Shown: one piece after another, positions 11,757 through 25,398 of the stretch
Numbering within the stretch: the first letter of the stretch is position 1
How the letters are laid out: each line of letters starts with the position of its first letter
Position numbers and translations under genes: made by a program
Notes under the pieces: model-generated
Seen by the model: the letters and a program-made list of their open reading frames with translations, nothing else
Database searches by the model: none
Told to the model about the DNA's origin: nothing
Assembly (NCBI GenBank): GCA_038087875.1
Contig: JAXLNO010003343.1
Coordinates: 1 to 64,000 of the forward strand
DNA: 64,000 nucleotides
Direction of reading: 5' to 3'
Source of the DNA: Malacoraja senta
Taxonomy: Eukaryota

Positions 11757-13259
11757 CTTATGTATGGCTTAATTGTATTCATGCATAGTATGATTTGGCT
11801 GAATACCACGCAAAGGGGTTTTCACTGTATCTAGTTACCCGTGTCAATAATAAACCAACACGTTGTATCTATCGATTGCAGCACCCAGTGTTTATTTTAA
11901 GCAGGTAGCAAGGTTGTATTAAAATTTCCTTTTTGCCTTTGACTACGTGGTGAATGTAAAGATGGGTCATAATGCACTGTATCGTTACTACTGTTTATTC
12001 ATAATAAACATACTTTGCTGCCCTAGCTGTCCGTGGTCTGTCACTGGAACCAGAGAGAGAGAGAACTGGGTGGGAAGGTTGTAATTATACCAGTGATGTG
12101 GGGAGTGGTTAGTAGTGGTGAGGTCACTATGTTAAAGGCACATGCACATTTCATCTACAGTGAAGAGCCATCCTTTTTTCCACCGCTGAAGACCTCCTGG
12201 CGCCAGTACAATATTCTGTCGGCGTGGGGCGATTCGGCATTTGCAATACTGAGGATCAGGACATATTTCCAAATCAGAATGGCGGTCAATTTGGATCTTG
12301 ATCTGCAGGTGCTATTTTTACACGGTAGATTTCAAAGGGAGAACAGCACTAATTGCCCGCTTGGAAAGCGAAAGGGTGTTGATTCCACCGTCCAGAGGAA
12401 AATGATTATAATCTTCCATTCAGTGGCCAAAAGTAACACCAGTCCAAATTAGCCATTTTCCCTGCAGCTTCCAAGTTCACGCGAGTCCTACTGTCTGGTC
12501 AAAAAGACGGTGATTCAATTATTATTTGAACAGAGATTGATGGCGGAGGAGTTAGCTTGGTAATGTTATTGAATGTCAAGGCAGTTTACATCTTGCCTAA
12601 TACTACACCTGCAAACAACTTTGCTGACATTCACACATTTCCTAAACATGGAACTCATATCTATACCAACATCTTTGATTTAAATCAGAAAATACAAACA
12701 AAATTCGCAGCAGTCGAACGGATGCCTCGCAGCGTCAGAGACCCGGGTTTGATCCCGACTACGGACGCTGTCTGTGTGAACGTCGTACGTGGGTTTTCTC
12801 CGGGCGCTGGTCTCCACCCACATTCCAAACTCGTGCAGGTTTATCGGTTAATTGCCCCCTGTAAATTGCCCCTAGTAAGACTGCGTCGAAACGGGCTTTT
12901 CGGCACAGCATGCCCCATCTACATTAGTCCCAACTCCCCACGCTTGGCTCATAACCCTCTAAACCTATCCTATGCATGTACCTGTCCAATTGTCTATTTA
13001 TTGTTATGATAGTACCGGTCTCAACCTCCTCCTCTGGCAGCTCGTTCCATATACCCACCACTCTTTGTGTAAAAATGTTATCCCCAGGTTCCTATTAAAT
13101 CTCCACACTCACCCACCTCTCACCGTAAATATATATTCTCTGGTTCTCGAGTCCCCTATTGTGGGCAAAAAACTCATGCGCATTTACCTGATTGATTGCT
13201 CACATAATTTTGTAAACCTCTTTCAGATCACCCCATCCTTTTGCACTCTAAGGAATGAA

Positions 13260-13568
13260 ATCCAGAACCAGGGGCCACATTTCCAGAACCAGGGACCACA
13301 GTTTAAGAATAAGGAGTAAGCCATTTAGAACGGAGACGAGGAAACACTTTTTCTCACAGAGAGTGGTGAGTCTGTGAAATTCTCTGCCTCAGAGGGCAGT
13401 GGATGCTTTAAAGAGAGAGCTAGATAGGGCTCTTAAAAATAGCGGAGTCAGGGGATATGGGGAGAAGGCAGGAACGGGGTACTGATTGGGGATGATCAGC
13501 CATGATCACATTGAATGGCGGTGCTGGCTCGAAGGATCGAATGGCCTACTCCTGCACCTATTTTCTAT
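13260..13568 (+). mobile_element. CR1 (HER1-like) LINE 3' end; an opposite-strand CR1 tail lies at ~12870-13250
   Basis: Characteristic CR1 3' sequence (CACAGAGAGTGGTGAGTCTGTG...GAATGGCCTACTCCTGCACC). Confidence 0.85.
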
Positions 13569-15712
13569 TGAAATCAGAGCCTTCTCAACCTCACCCTCCC
13601 TGAACATAGACTCAGTGACATGCAGAACAGTTCAGCATAGGAACAGGCCCTTGGGGCCACACCTTCTGTTCCAAACGTGATGACAAGTTGAACTAATCTC
13701 CTCCACCAACACATGTTCCATATCCCTCCTTTCCCTGCATATCTATGCCTTTCTAAAGACTTCAAATGCCACTATCAAGTCTCCTTGTAAATCTTCTCTG
13801 GACTCTTTCCAGCTGGTGTGTTAAAAACAAAGTGCATGAAGAATTCAGTGTGTCAGGCAGCATCTGTGGTGGGAATCGACTGACAACGTTTTGAAGTCAC
13901 CAGTCTGAACAAGAGTTCCAGCCTGAATTGTCGTTGGTTCATTCCATCCCACAGATGTGGCCTGACCCACTGTGTTCCTCCAACAGTTTTGCTCAACGAT
14001 CCAACATCTGCAGTTTCTAGTATCCCCAGAGATCTGTTAACTGTCACCATTTAATTGCCCTATTTTATTACATTTTGTATTACATTTCTGTTAAATTATG
14101 TTGCAGTCTTGGAAATGTTTTCACCTCAGCTGCAAACCTGCGTTCCTAGTGTACATTGCTACTTTAATCATGCTAAATTATGATCACTGCCATCAAAACA
14201 CCTCATCACTACCACTACAATACTACTCCCATCTTGCTGCCAAGCAATACCCACCATTTTCTATACAGTCGCCTTAATACTATTTCTTAAATGAATTTGA
14301 GAACCTCTGCACTCTGCTTCAGTGACAGGTAATATTAAGTGTAAATTCACTACTATTTATTGTTCTGGGGTGGGTTATTTTGCACCATATAAACAGGCCA
14401 AAATATTTCTCCTTCCGTATCCCTAAGTTTATTTGATATACGATGATGAATACAAATCAATGGATCATTTAAATGTTTACTGTGCTGATGGGGACCATTC
14501 ATCCTATCAGGCCAATGCCACCTCTCTACTGGAGAAAATCACTTGTTCAACCCCAGCCCTTCGACTGTAGTTTTGCATGTTTTTGCTCACAATTAGTTTA
14601 TCCAATTCTCTCTTTGTGATGAAACATAAATAGGATTTGGATCAATGAACGGTGAAAGAAAATTTCAAGGGTACAAATGACTATCTTTATTATGTCAAAT
14701 TACAAGATAAAGCATTAAAAAAGCAATGAATCTCATGGCTTTCAGCTCAATGTGTTAAATGATAGAAGCCATGGCAAATACCATCAAGTCTCACAGTCTT
14801 CTGCCCATTGGAGACTCCTATTTATGATGGCTGGTGTAGAGATCTTGCGGCCCAGCCACTGTCCTTCAAAGGTTCTGCATTAAATCAAGCACCGAGCTAT
14901 TCTTGCATGTCTCGGAGAAAAGAAAGGTTTAACTTATCCTTTAGCTACACTGTAAATATCCTTGTAGGCTGCTCCATCATTTCCCAGTTATTCTAAGTGA
15001 GCCCTCAATCATCTAATTGTTTCCCAAAGCCAGCCTACTTGCTTACCATAAAGTGCAGTTAGCAGAAAATGTCATCATAGGTGAAAACCCTGTTTACCTT
15101 TTCCAATGCACTAAGGGCATAATGGAGCCAATTACACAACATCTACGTGCCATACACTTGAAATTCCAAACGCACGTTGCATATAATTCCTTGTCCGCTC
15201 TCAAACCCTCTAGCAAAGTGAGCAGCCTCCCTATCCATTCTTCCCATCAAAGATTGATAATTTTCCAGAGCTCCAAGAACTTAATATGTGATTCACCACC
15301 CTCTGACTCTTGAGATTCCTCCTTATCCCTTTCTAAAGATACATCATGTTATTCTGAGAAATGTGCTTGCCAAGACCATGGCATCTGCAGTTTTAGTCTC
15401 CTGATCTTAAGAAGAATGTTCTTGTTATGGAGGGAGTGCCGTGAAGGTTCATCAGATTTCAGGGATGGGAGGACTAATGTATGAAGGGCGATTTGGGCGA
15501 TTAGATTTACATTGTGATTAGGACCATTCAAAATCAACTACAACATTCTTATGGGTCTGTACAGATTGAAGAGAGTCAAGAGTATTTTATTGTCATATGT
15601 CCCAGATAATATAATGAAATTCTTACTCGCTGCAGCACAATGGAATATGTAAACATAGTACATGGTAAACAATATGAAAAACGAGAAAGAGAAAAACAAA
15701 ATCAATGTGCAC

Positions 15713-15743
<31 letters not shown>

Positions 15744-18700
15744 TATATGTGTAGAAAAGTACGCATACATATATTCAAGAGGGAAATCCGGTCAGTTCAG
15801 GACCCAGTGGTCACAATCTGATGATCAGGCTTCAAGTTGAGATGAAGAGCAATTACTTCTCCCACAGAATGATGAAGGTGTGGAATGTTATACCACTGGA
15901 AGCAGTTGAACACAGATCATTGAATTTATACAAGGAGTTATATGTTATTTGTATGGTCAAAGGATCAGAGAAATAAAAGGATCAAGGTATAAATTTTAGG
16001 TCACAATTGATCACATGGAATAATAGTTGAGGCTCAAATGCCTGAATTCCTATTACTTTTATATTCTGCATTTCAACATTTTTGTATTTATCGTGGCCAC
16101 ATTTCCTCTGCATCGAAGAACATGATAACTGGGATGCTTAAAAGGAACTGAGACCCTGCTGCCAATGCCTTTTTGCAGATGCATACATTGGTTTGGTGTT
16201 CACAAAGCGAGGACAAATCAGAAATAATTTTCTGAACACGCCATCCATTGCTATTTCAATGTGCTTACCCAAGATACAAAAAAAAATACTATATTAATCT
16301 ATATTAAAAAATGTTTGGATAAAATAAACAAAACACGGTCATCAAATGTCCCTGGGTAAGTTGTCCACCCCCTGCCCTCCACCCCTTTGAGAAGTGGCTG
16401 AAGGGAGATATTAAAATACATAAAGCTTTTAAATGAATCACTATGGTGAAAACTTTTCCACCATAAAATCCAGCAGGGAATTCGACAGAGAATGCTCCCT
16501 CTCCTCCCCTCCCACCCAATACTGGTGAGAATGAGGATCCAGATCAATGAATTGCATTCAGGGGAAGGCTGGGCAAACACAAAAGAGAAAAGAATAGTCG
16601 GTTCTACATTGGAGAATCCAGCATAGACTTGCCAACCATGTTGCAGATCGCATAAGGTGGGAAGAGGGTCATGTGGACTATATGCAGCAGTATTGGCAGG
16701 ATAGGCAGAGTGGCCTGTTCCTACACACTTGTCTCCACTACAACCTTGTATTACTTTGACTGCCAATTCATTTTTGATCATTTTGTTCCCATTCATTCTT
16801 TAAAAAATACAAAATCAACTTTGACGTAAGAATACTGTGATTGATGCTGTTGCAAATAAATGGAGGCCTTACATTTTCTTAACAACAATTTAATTTTGCG
16901 CCTTGCATATTATATCTTTCATATTATATCTTGCACATTCCATATATCTTGCCTTTACTTGGCAACATGAAGCCACTATAAAACAGGGTGCAATCCAATG
17001 TGTTTACTTGGATTTCATGCCAATCTATTTCCAAAAATCTTATACGCAATGGTCTATTCATCAAACACATTCTACAGGCAACTATTATTAGGTGAAATCT
17101 CAAGAGCAGAACTTGTACCAAATGAGCCACATAAAATGAACTTGATCACTGTGCCACCAGTCACTGTGGACAATTTTATATTCATATGGATGATAAATTC
17201 TTTGCATTAGATTAGAAATGTACAAAGTACAAACAATCAAGACTTTTGACATCAAATAACCAAGCGTTATGTAACAACATTTATTGGTGCTGTGTCTCAG
17301 ACTAAATGCAGTGTTAAAACAAAATATATTCTATCCAATAATGACTGTAGCTAATGGAATCTGCAACTAAAAACAGAAGACTGAAAGCATTCAATGGCTC
17401 AAGCAAAATTATTGGGACAAATGGTTGATGTCACAAATAGGGTCAAGAACCTGCACCAGACCTGTGAGGGAAGAGGATGAATTGCCAATATATAGCAATC
17501 AGGGAGGAATAGGACAGAGGCTGGTAGATCAAACGTAGAACCAGGTGGGGAGAGGATAATGGGTAGATGGAAACAGGTAGGAGAGGAGGAGGTAGAGGTG
17601 AACAACAGGAGAATAATCTGTTCAAATGAGACAGAGGTTCACTTGCACCTCTTTCAACTTTCTATACTGCAATCATTGCTCACACTGTGGAGAAACTAGC
17701 TTAGATGTCAACCATTTTGTACAGCACATCCCTTTGAAGTAAAGATCATCCTGAGATCTGTTGTATGGTATTTTAATACCCCTTCCCACTCACACACTCA
17801 CCCATCTGTCGTTAACCTTGGGCACAGAAAGTTTTAAGTAAAATATCTGATAATCCACCTGGGTAACTTTATATGAATATAAAGTTTTCACATTTCAGCT
17901 TATCCATACCACTGGTGTTCATTTGTTCTCCCACAACCACCCATACACCAACTTTGCTCCATCTGCCCATCATCCCCTCCCCAGCTGATTTTACTTCGGA
18001 GTCACGTGAGTGACTACGTGAAGAAGCCCCGTCCAGCCGCACACGCGTCATTATCGATCAGACGCATAGCGTTCATGACCGTGTGTGGAGGAGCAGGAGC
18101 TCCTCCAGCCGGTGAGTAAAACAAAAGTCGGAAGGTAAGTGAGTTACTTTTCACTTACAGGAGCGTTTCCTTCCCGTTTAGACTTGTTTGATGGAACTCC
18201 ACACAAGTTTATTATGGAGAAATGGGAAGGAGAGTCGGCCAGGGACGCACTGTAGTAAAACCCCAGATCCTAAGGGTAGCGGGCGTCAGTCAGGGGAGTC
18301 AGTGGCAGCGAAGCCATTAACTCCAGTTGTGGTCGAATGTGCGTTAAACCGCCGCGGGCGGGGCGCAAGGCAAAAATCGGCCCGACCTGTAAACTCGGAT
18401 GAGTCAGACCCGGAGGTATGCCCTCCTCAGGCAGGAAAGAGTATTACACCGCAAGGGTCAAAAACATTATAACTCCTTATGGGGCAGATGATTTGTAAAG
18501 AACCCCCACAGGAGGATTTAAGTCGGTGTTGGCCAATGAAGTATAGCACAGGAGGTGCCTTGGAACAGGCACAAGGGTGGCCTACAGGAGAGCCATCAGT
18601 GCCTGTGCAGAAACATTAAAGAGGTTGGCCTACAGGAGAGCCAGTGCCCAAAATGCCATAAAAAAGGCAAGTTATGTGTTGGCCTATTGGAGAGCCAGTA

Positions 18701-19569
18701 CTAGAAATGCCTGAACTAAAGGCAGCACAAACGTGCAATGATAAATGTGCCAGCACCGACAAATATAAAGAGTAAAAATAATGAAGCGTTGGCCTAGAAT
18801 TGAGCCAGCGCCAGCAGCACCTGAAGCAGGGCTGCCTGTCCGTGGGCCTACAAGAGAGCCCGCGCAGGGGGAATCTGGCAGAGACTTACCTGAAACAGGG
18901 GAGCCAGAAATTACCCAACATAAAAATGAATATTTAAATTTAGATGATGATTTAAATGAGGACCAGAGCCCATTATCAGAGCCACAAATGTTCCAAGGCT
19001 GGCACAAAACTTTGCTGTTCCCAGAGTAACAGGGGAACCTTTGAGAGAGGAAATAGCTATGACTATAAATTATCTACTCTCCCATCAGCCCCAGGAATTA
19101 ACCATGGATGAGACAAAAAAAATATGAGACCCGGGAAATTGTAGCAGTTACAGCAGTGAATAAACTTGATATGGGTAATTTGAGCAGTGGTTTACGCTCA
19201 CAAGAATTGAAATTACACAAGTGCTGAAATTTCTGGGGTCAGTGGTTTGGATGAAGGTTATATATCGTATTCACAACAAAATGTAGCACTCATGTGTAGT
19301 GCGCACTTTGAAATAAATTGTATTCATAAAAATGCAATAAGACCAAATATTCATCCTAAGTATGCAGGCTCTGCAAACCATCCAATATACAAATGCCTAA
19401 ATCTGTTTTGGAGAAAATCTAACAAAGAAACTAAAGGATCACCTATGCTGAGCAGAGCGGTGAGAAGGCAGTATCCCTACAGGCGAAATGTGGTGCTGGA
19501 GAAGGAACAATCCTATCATTCTCGTATACACGTTGACATGCTGCACCGAGGATACGTGGAGGTTACAAT

Positions 19570-21520
19570 GTGCCTACTAGAAGGGGACAACAACTGCCGG
19601 TGGCAAACCCCGAGGTTAGGGGGCTTGGTCTGGTAAGAAACACAACAAATGTTTCACACTCACAAATAGGGGGAAGGTTACGATTCTTCCTAAAAGAATG
19701 GCAATCAATAACAAATGATTCATTTATTCTATGTAGCATTGTTGGATTCAAAATTGAGTTCTCTCCACTTTTGGATCCTCCAATTCAGCATAATTCAAAC
19801 TGGTCACAGATTTTTTTCAAAGGAAGAGAATGGGTAGATCAAAGGAGAATTGAAAAATGTTATGTAGAAAAGGATGATATAAATGTCAGTAGAACAACAC
19901 CATCAGTTTGTGTCAAATATTCTCCTAGGAATATTCTCCTAGAAAAGGGATGGTGGACGTAGAATCATTTCCGATCTGACAAATCTTAACCTTTATGTAC
20001 AATAGAAACATTTCAAAATGGAAACATTTACTAATGCCATTTAGCTAGTCACAAAGAATTGCTACAAGGCAAGCATAGATCTGCAAAATGCATATTATTC
20101 TGTGGCAATGCATGGTAATGATCAAAGATATTTGAAATTTAGATGGATGAGTCAGTTATGGCAATTTAAAGCATTGCCCAATGGTCTGATTTCAGCACCA
20201 AGATTATTCACTAAATTGCTCAAACCAATTTTAGCTCTGTTAAGAGCTGAGGGCCATGTATTAATGGCTTATTTAGATGATATCCTCATTGTAGGGGACA
20301 CTTTGGCTGCTGCAAAATTGTCAGTATCCAGTCAAATACATTTTGAGAAATTAGGTTTCATTATTCACCTACAAAAATCTAAATTGTTACCAAGCAAAAA
20401 GATTGATTACCTAGGGTTCACAATTAACTCCGAACACATGGTAATCACTTTGCCAAAAGATAAAAAGCTGCAGTTAATTGAAGGTTGCATAAAACTCATT
20501 AACGAGGACACATCTTCAATTAGAGAAGTGGCAAGCTTGCTAGGCAAATTAATTGCAGGGTTTCCAGCGGTCACGTTTGGACCATTGCATTATCAATGTT
20601 TACAGAGAGCTAAGGTACAAGCGTTAAAAATGAATAGAGGGCATTTTGATAGGCCCATGAAATTAACAATTCAATCCATTACAGAAATAGAATGGTGGAT
20701 TAACAATGTTTCTAATGCTTCCAGAAAAGTTCTGGTAGAAACACCTTCCGTCACTCGACAGACTGATGTAAGTGCGCTGAGTTGGGGCGCTACTAACATG
20801 ATTTCCAGCTGTGGAGGTAGGTGGAATGTGAATGAAGTACCTTTGCTGGAAAAACTGGGAATCAATTACCTAGAGCTATTAGGCGCATTTTACGGCCTTA
20901 GAGCTTATTGCACTGATATGGGAAATGTGCATGTTCAGGTACAGGTTGACAATACTACAGCTGTAGCATACATAAATCACATGGGTGGTATAAAATCAGA
21001 ATCATGTGATAAATTGGCAAATGAAATTTGGACCTGGGGTATTGCCAGAAAAATGTGTCTGTCAGCAATATTTACCAGGTAAAAATTAATACAATTGCAG
21101 ACAAAAGATCACATAAATTTAATGATAATACAGAATGGATGTTAAATCGGAAAATATTCACACAAATTATCACACAATTTGGAATGCCAGAAATTGATCT
21201 GTTTGCATCAAGATTGAACCACCAGTTGCCTAAGTATGTGTCATGGGAACCTGATCCTGGTGCAGTAGTGGTGGATGCTTTCTCGCTACATTGGGGTGGT
21301 ATGTTTCTGTATGCGTTTCCACCATTTTGTTTAATCCACAAATGCATACAGAAAATTAAACAAGATTCAGCCTCAGGGATTTTGGTAGTACCAGATTGGC
21401 CTACACAGGTGTGGTACCCACTGGTGTTAAAAATGGGGGAAAAAAAACCAAAACCCTTATGGTTATTCCAAAGCAGATTAAACTGCTTGTACACCCTGTG
21501 ACTAATGAATCACATCCTTT
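19570..21520 (+). pseudogene. DIRS RT-RNase H-methyltransferase-like ORF (disrupted)
   Basis: GGRLRFF..W, FKALPNGLISAPRLFTK, YLDDILI, INYLEL, VDNTTAVAYINHMGG, IDLFASRLN, YAFPPF; in-frame stops (~20003, ~20041) and frameshifts (~19950, ~21070). Confidence 0.92.
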
Positions 21521-21544
21521 ACATAATCGTATTGGTTTGTTGAT

Positions 21545-22540
21545 TTGCAGATTCTAAGAAGGCCATATCTTGGAAAAAGATTATCAGACCGTACGGTGGA
21601 TGTTATGACAGCAGCCTGGAGGAATAGTACCCAGAAGCAGTACATTTCATATATAAAGAAATGGGAGGTGTTTTGTTCAGGAAAGAATATTGCATATAAC
21701 ACAGCAGAAATTTCAGATGTAATAGAGTTTCTTTCAACTCTACACTATGAATTGAAATTAAGTTATAGTGCAATTAATACTGCACGAAGTGCACTCTCTG
21801 CATATTTAAGCAGTGAATCAGAACAAACTCCAATTGGAGCACATCCTTGGGTCTGTAGGTTTATGAAAGAAATTTTCAACTCTAATCCTCCCAGACCCAG
21901 GTATACAGAAATTTGGAATGTAAAAGATGTACTGATGTTCCTAAGGAATTGGAATCCAGTTGAAACTCTGTCATTATCCAAAATTACCATGAAATTGGTT
22001 ATGCTCATGGCATTAGTTTCAGCACAGAGAGTTCACACATTACAGAAACTCAGAATTGATAGAATGAAAGTAGGGCAAAATGCCGTGACATTCTATGTCT
22101 ATGATTTACTGAAGCAAAGTAGACCTGGGTTCACAGGATGCAAGTTGGAATTTTTAGCATATCCTACAGATTCACGACTGTGTGTAGTAACATATGTGAA
22201 ATGTTACATAGAAACAACAAAAGTTTTAAGAGGCGCCGAATTGGCATTTTTTATTAGTCATAAAAAGCCTCATAAGAAAGTGTCAACACAAACAATTTCA
22301 CGATGGTTGAAACAGGTGTTGAGATATTCAGGTATTGATACTGATAAATTTAAATCTCATTCCACCAGGGCGGCATCAACATCAGCGGCCAGGGATTCAG
22401 ACGTGCTAATAGACCTTATTCTCATGGCCGCAGGATGGGCAAGTGAACAGATGTTTCACAAGTATTACCACAAGGAGATTAAAGATCTCAGAGGGTTTGG
22501 TAATGCTGTGCTGGATACAGTATTAAATCCCCCATTATAA
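21545..22540 (+). CDS. DIRS tyrosine recombinase (331 aa, open)
   Basis: Uninterrupted ORF with SAQR, K, HSTR, GW and YY motifs matching the R-K-H-R-W-Y catalytic set. Confidence 0.88.
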   Translation: MQILRRPYLGKRLSDRTVDVMTAAWRNSTQKQYISYIKKWEVFCSGKNIAYNTAEISDVIEFLSTLHYELKLSYSAINTARSALSAYLSSESEQTPIGAHPWVCRFMKEIFNSNPPRPRYTEIWNVKDVLMFLRNWNPVETLSLSKITMKLVMLMALVSAQRVHTLQKLRIDRMKVGQNAVTFYVYDLLKQSRPGFTGCKLEFLAYPTDSRLCVVTYVKCYIETTKVLRGAELAFFISHKKPHKKVSTQTISRWLKQVLRYSGIDTDKFKSHSTRAASTSAARDSDVLIDLILMAAGWASEQMFHKYYHKEIKDLRGFGNAVLDTVLNPPL

Positions 22541-23372
22541 TAAATGGGCCTAATTTTGTTACTTTTATTAAAATAAATAAAACCATTAACTGATTACATT
22601 CAAATGTTGTGGTTATGCATTGTTGATTGTGCTTACTCAAATAGAGTCAATCGATGCAGTGAACACCTGGATTTGAATCCACGGTGTGAAATCACAGAGC
22701 TTTGAAATCTTCACGTAGTCACTCACGTGACTCCGAAGTAAAATAGTAAGATTAAACGAGAACTTACCAAGTTTGAAGCTTGATCTTTATTTTATGAGGA
22801 GTAACGTTGAGGGATTACGTGCCCTCCGCTCCCACCCTCATAAAAGGATCAAGCTGGTAGTTCTAAGTCTTTATGCATCTTACTATCATACTTCAGTAAT
22901 TATCGTCTGTGATTGTCACTCCGCTGCTTTGAAAGATTGACGCGTGTGCGGCTGGACGGGGCTTCTTCACGTAATCCCTCAACGTTACTCCTCATAAAAT
23001 AAAGATCAAACTTCAAACTTGGTAAGTTCTCGTTTAATCTTACTATTCCACCTGCCACATACCAGCCTCTGCCCCATTCCTCCTTCAAACTGCTGGAATC
23101 TTCCCATCCTCTCCTTCAATTCTAATGCAGTGCCTTGCCTTGAAATGTTGGTATATGTCATTTGCCTCCACAGATGCTGTTTGACCAAGTACTTCCACTG
23201 GCCTTTCTTTAGTCTAAAATTCTTGTTGGAAATAACCACAAAGTCTTACTCTATCTATAATTGAAACCATTTAATTGGTGCTTAGAGAGCTTTCTAAAAT
23301 CATGAGGGCGATTGATCAGGATTTATTTTACCCAGGGTAGGGTAATCAAGAACCAGCAAAAACAGGTTTAAG

Positions 23373-24003
23373 CAGTGTTCAATGCTAATTTTTTAGGTGT
23401 CGGAGCTGTCAAACAGGGGCATTTCAGATTTTGCTGGGGGGGGGGGGCAAGCTAGTCTCCCTAGAGGGTCAAACAAGATTATAGCCTATTACTACATCCC
23501 AGTGTATAGCTAGTACTTTAAAACATATAATACATAATTTAATTATGACAAAATATTGCACGGTTGCACTCACTGATTATCATGAAATATAATTATGAAG
23601 CAAGTAAAGAAAAAGACTGTTATCATGTATTTTTACAGAGGTGCCGGCAAGACACCGACTCACCCTGACTATCCCACAGCTCTGGGCCTTCACACACACA
23701 CACACACACACACTCTCACCCTCACACCCATTCACCTACACACCCACCCACCAGAGTTCCAGGCTCAGCTCCAGGCCCACAACCACAAACGATGCACACA
23801 TCACATGGTCTGTCTCTGCTGCATCATAGTGTTCCCCTCCTCCTGCAGGGAACCTCAGTAGTGATGGATCTTCCCCTTACCCCTCTTTTAATCAGGTTAC
23901 CCCGACCACACATCCGCTAGTTAAAATTCCACCCTGTTTATTTTTTCTTTAACAGATGTGCCGGATCGGTGCTCAGGTGAGCTCCGGCAGCACTGCACCC
24001 CTG
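23373..24003. mobile_element. Non-autonomous hAT-like element inserted in a CR1 fragment
   Basis: Exact 8-bp TSD GGTTTAAG (23365-23372, 24004-24011); CAG...CTG termini with only weak TIR similarity; the CR1 sequence is continuous across the insertion. Confidence 0.65.
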
Positions 24004-25153
24004 GGTTTAAGGTGAGGAGGAAGATTTAGTAGGAACCTGAGAGGCAACCTTTTCTACGAAGAGGTTACTGGGTGTATGGAATGAGCTGCCAGCGAAGGCA
24101 GAATAACAACATTGAAAAGACACTTGGACAGGTACATGGATAGAACATGTTGAGAGGAAAGTGGGCCAAACGCTGGCAAATGTGACTAACCTAGATGTAG
24201 CATCTTGTTCAGCTTGGAGCATTAGGCTGAAGTACCTACTTCCATGCTATATGGCTCTATGACTCTTTGTTAGATGAACATAAACATGGCAAATGGAGTT
24301 TAATAATGGAAAATATGTGCTCACACACTCTGGTAAGAGCAATTCAAAGGAAGCTATTATCTAAATGGAGTGAGATTGCAAATGAGTGGAGTACAAGAGA
24401 TTCAAGTGCTTAAAGTGCAAAACAAAAAGCCAGCAGGTAGATGCAGCACACAACTCAGAAGGTGATTAGCATTCAAAGGTAGGTTACTATTGTAATTATG
24501 GTACATGATGTTGCTGAGGACATATCAGGAGCACTGTGCACAGCTTGGTCCTCAAATTTAAGAAAGGATATATTAATATTGCATATCAGCTAGAAGAGAT
24601 TTCTGGAATAAGCAAGTGTTACCTAACCATGAATGGCTGAAATCACTGGTTCTGTGTCCCTTGGAGATGACAAGAAACAGAGTTAACCTTATGAATGTAT
24701 TAAAGAGGCATGATGTGGTGGTGAATTGATGGATAATGCGTGGATATATTCTAAAAGAACAGGGAATTGTGTCTTATGTGGAATAAGCACAGTAAAGGAG
24801 TTGAGGCATCAGTCATATCAGCTGTTATCAACATAAATTGCTAGATAGCTCTAATTTGTACAAATGCAGGGCAGTTTATTGAGAATTTCTGTCATGTTTG
24901 ATAAACTTAATTTAACTCTTTCCATTTATTTCAGTTCCTGCATTTTAATCACATCCATGAAATCTTCTACTCAGCGATTGGTTAGCAGTGCACGTTCTGC
25001 TTTGGTTGAATATTTTGATAATCTGAGGAGGGAAATTAAATATTAGACAACAAAGAAATGGCATAGCAGAGAACAGAACTCAGAAAGATGCAACTAGTTT
25101 ATTCACTTTAACTGTTGATTCATCCCACATAACATCTTCCTTCCAGATATAAA

Positions 25154-25398
25154 GGCACAGCGCCAGACACCTGGGTTTGATCCTGACCACGGGTGATGTC
25201 TGTACGGAATTTGTACCTTCTCCCTGTGACTGCATAGGTTTTCTCCAGGTGCTCCAGTTTCCTCCCACATTCCAAAGACAGATGTGCAGGTTTGTAGGTT
25301 AATTGACTTGTGTCCCTAGCTTATGTGGGTGATCGTTGGTTGGTGCGGACTCAGTGGGGCCGAAGTGTCTGTTTCAATGCTCTCTCTCTAAACTAAAC
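25154..25398 (+). mobile_element. V-SINE; a second degenerate copy lies on the minus strand at ~25430-25672
   Basis: Same head, V-domain and tail as 8679-9005. Confidence 0.75.

Larger units (their letters stand above)
17988..23047 (+). mobile_element. Full-length DIRS1-type tyrosine-recombinase retrotransposon (~5.06 kb)
   Basis: 36-bp perfect ITR (18015-18050 vs 22938-22973); ICR 22708-22821 complementary to both element ends; ATT at both junctions; order gag-like, RT, RNase H, adenine-MTase-like, YR. Confidence 0.95.

Noticed and set aside
12033-12452. 139-aa ORF in non-repetitive sequence
   Set aside because: No recognisable domain, start context or coherent splice structure.
16400-17210. 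Hydrophobic reading frames, including LANHVADRI/GGKRVMW (MFS motif A-like after one frameshift at ~16655) and a loose NPxxY-like stretch
   Set aside because: The hints point to different protein families, need several frameshifts and are not collinear; chance resemblance cannot be excluded without a tblastn or HMM search.
18112-18160. GT...AG mini-intron in the DIRS leader
   Set aside because: Only 49 nt (26 nt from the second donor), at or below usual vertebrate minimum size; no transcript evidence.
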